From the NCBI RefSeq assembly GCF_006345805.1, contig NC_043001.1, forward strand, positions 77,004,001 through 77,068,000: 64,000 nt of DNA, in the 5' to 3' direction. Under the pieces are notes generated by a model. The model did not search any database. It was not told the origin of the DNA and saw nothing but the letters and a program-made list of their open reading frames with translations. Positions 61,377-64,000 of this stretch are shown piece by piece. Numbering within the stretch: the stretch's first letter is position 1; the number at the start of each line of letters is the position of its first letter. Position numbers and translations under genes: made by a program. Origin of the DNA: Octopus sinensis. Lineage: Eukaryota.

Positions 61377-62223
61377 TATACGACGAGCTTCCTCATAGTT
61401 TCCGGCTGCCAAATTCACTCAAAAAGCTTTGTTTGGCTTGGGGCTGTAGCAGATAACATTTGCTCATGGTGCTGCGTAGTGGAACTGAACCCGAACTCAC
61501 GAGGTTGAAAGGTGAACTTGTCAATCACATAACCATACAGGTGCTTGATCCTATTAAAAGAAAAGAAGAGAAAAGAAACTTGAAAATAAAAAATTGACCC
61601 GGTTTGACCTCCGAATCAAAAGGCGCGCGCGTGCGTGTGTGTGTGAGTGTGAGTGTGTGTGAGTGTGTGTGTGTGTGTGTGTGTGCGCTCTGTGGTTTTG
61701 ACTGAGAAATAGGTAGGTGGCTTCTGATGTAGAGCTTCTCTCCGTTAATAAGCGGTTGAAAAAGTAAGTTAGTTATCTGATCTGAACAGTTAGTGTGTGG
61801 TTAGTTAAACGAAGCATGAGACATGTCGCTTAGAAATTACATATTATTAAGCTAAATACGACAACGATAGTCGACTTAACTTTATGTAATACGCATATAT
61901 ATATATATATATATATATAAAAGTTGTAAGGTGGACAACAGAGAGAGGTGGGAGAGAGAGATACTGATATTTACGACCAAAACATTGATAACCTACTATC
62001 AAAGGAGCGGAAGTTGTTCCGCCAAAATAGTTGAAATAATAATGGTCTGACTTTCACTTACATTTATTTCTTGGTGGTGGTGTACTAATTTTTGTTGTTG
62101 TTGTTGTTGGTGGTTATGATTTTGCTTTGGTTGTGGTTATTGTTGTTGTTGTTAAACCACAAATCAATTCTGTTCGAGCACATGCCTATAAGCTAAGTGA
62201 ATTGTTCTTTCTGTGGACGTGTA

Positions 62224-63530
62224 CGAGGTGGTTTCAAAAGATTCCCGGACTAGTTATGTTTAGTAAAAAAAAAATAATAATAACAACTCATTTACCCAGC
62301 GCTGGATTAACCATTAAACAAAGTAAGCACGTGGTTAGGGCACCAAGGGAAGGAGTGAGCGTCACAGAAATGGTAAATGGTTTATGGTACAAAAGAAATC
62401 ACTCTAAACGTGCTAAAATAATATTCGGGATGCCTTTATCTCTACAAAGTGTAGATGCAGATGTGTTGCCTAAGATTAATTTTGTGCACCTGATTAAAGA
62501 CTTTGTAATTAAAAAAGTATGAAGAAACTTTTCAAATATGAATAAAGTGGAAGTATACAAAAATAAACATTATTTTCCCTCTTACTGTTTTGTTTCGTAT
62601 TGAAAAATAAAAATTTATTTTATGGTTTGTTATTGTTTATATTTTAAATTACATAATCTTTTATGGGGGCACCAAAATCTTTTAAGTGCTCAGGGCCTCG
62701 ATGGGTCTTAATCCGGCCCTGCATTTACCTAAGTTTTAACATTATCTCCTTCGAAATAGTCACCTTGCGCAGCAATACACCAGTTCCAGCGTTCTTGCCA
62801 CTTTTGGAATCCGGCTTGGAAGTCGTTTTCCATAAGCGTGTCGAGGACCTTCGGCATTTTGCTATAGATCTCAATAACGGTGTTAAAACGACGATCTTTC
62901 AGCTGCATTTTCATCTTGGGGGAGAGGTGGAAGTCGACAAGTGCTAAATCTGGCAAATAAGGCGGGTGCGAAAACAATACCTTGTTGTTTGTTGCCAGAA
63001 GCTCACGTGTGAGGATAGCTTGGTGAAGAATCCAATTCTTCACGCTCCATAGATCCGATCGCTTTCGCTGAGTGTCCTCTGTTAAACGCTTCGAAAAGTC
63101 ACAGTAGAACTCTCGATTGACGGTCTGGTTCTGGGGGAAGAATTCTTGATGCACAATATCACATTTCCGGGTGTGACGTTCGTGGAAGATCTTTCAGATT
63201 GCTCATCATCTTCCAGGGACGTTCTTCCGCTCGAAACATTGCGTATGACCCATTGCCTCGTCGACGTAAGCTTGCCAAAGCATGCTCAATGTCTCTATAG
63301 CAGATTTCCCAAGTTTTAACGCAAAATTTCGCGTTTGCTCTTTCCTGTCCATGACAAAATCGCAGACTACGACATACATATGATCATAAAAACACAAATT
63401 TCACAACTTGCAAAATAAACACCGCGATGTCACTTGACACACTGCCTCATGAAGTTCACTGCTAACTCTTACTGCGCACGCAATGTGCTGTCATCTGTTG
63501 GTGCGCTACAGAACTCGTCCGAAAACTTGC
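62224..63530 (-). mobile_element. Mariner element, same family as 38984-39822, opposite orientation
   Basis: TIR TA|CGAGGTGGTTTCAAAAGATTCCCGGACTAGTT at 62222. ORF fragments HQEFFPQNQTVNREFY...PYLPDLALVDF...GDYFEGD and KLGKSAIETLSML. The other TIR is degraded. Confidence 0.9.
62297..62721. mobile_element. hAT-type MITE nested in the mariner
   Basis: TIRs CAGCGCTGGATTAA / TTAATCCGGCCCTG; perfect 8-bp TSD CATTTACC (62289-62296, 62722-62729). Confidence 0.9.
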
Positions 63531-63552
63531 GAATCCGGTTACGACCAAGATA

Positions 63553-64000
63553 TTAGGTTGTCCGCAATGTTATGATCGTTTTTAATACATCTTCAGCTTC
63601 ATTGAACACATCTGAAACGTAACAAAGTCAAAGCTTTGGCGTTGCTTGAAGTGGTAGTGCATCTCTTCTGTGTTCCTGACTAGAAATAGAGTTAACTTTT
63701 AGTCCTGTTATCCATTATTGACATTTGAAATGGATAACCAAAAATTTCAAATTCGCGTTGTAATGCTTTTCGTCTTTTTTTTTTTAAAAGGAGAAAATAC
63801 TGCAAAGACTTGCAAAAACATTTGTGAAGTTTATGGTGATGATGCTGTAGGTGAATCAAATGTTCGAAGGCGGTTTGCAAAATTTAGAGCTGAGCAGTTT
63901 AGCTTGGAAGATGATAGTTGCAGTGGAAGGCCTTCAAAATTGGATGAAGATGTTTTGAAGGCTAAAATCGAAGAAAACTCAAATATCATGACTAGAGAAC
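63553..64000 (+). mobile_element. 5' end of a second mariner family (Hsmar1-like TIR); transposase ORF open to window end
   Basis: TA|TTAGGTTGTCCGCAATG TIR. ATG 63730: MDNQKFQIRVVMLF..KGENTAKTCKNICEVYGDDAVGESNVRRRFAKFR..SLEDDSCSGRPSKLDED, with no stop before 64000. Confidence 0.88.

Noticed and set aside
60070-61396. Long ORFs (up to 419 aa) of MYVC/HTYI repeats
   Set aside because: Translations of TATG/TG microsatellite, open in most frames. The same applies near 52200, 28200, 27200 and 1235-1611.

Overview
Eukaryotic, AT-rich, microsatellite-saturated DNA, most likely from an octopus or other cephalopod (inferred from the SINE families and repeat landscape, not database-confirmed). Two host genes converge: a low-complexity 3' coding exon of an unidentified + strand gene (1-993), and a four-coding-exon MRNIP (MRN complex-interacting protein) orthologue on the - strand (47675-40202, 480 aa; all exon phases reconcile). 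The rest is mostly mobile DNA: a degenerate full-length Ty3/Gypsy element (54305-58357) with tRNA-Trp PBS and PPT, probably CsRn1-type; a solo LTR of a second family; Tx1/L1-like and RTE LINE fragments; four mariner relics; hAT, piggyBac-like and foldback MITEs; and several SINE-like families (labelled A-E here). Best leads: three minimal hammerhead-ribozyme motifs, two with an extra A in the core and covarying stem I; a ~42-bp 3' tail shared by the Tx1/L1-like LINE and SINE family C; and a cluster of about 9 RFX X-box-like motifs near 12 kb. Repeat boundaries are read by eye and approximate unless a TSD or TIR is quoted. Family and protein comparisons are from recall, not searches.
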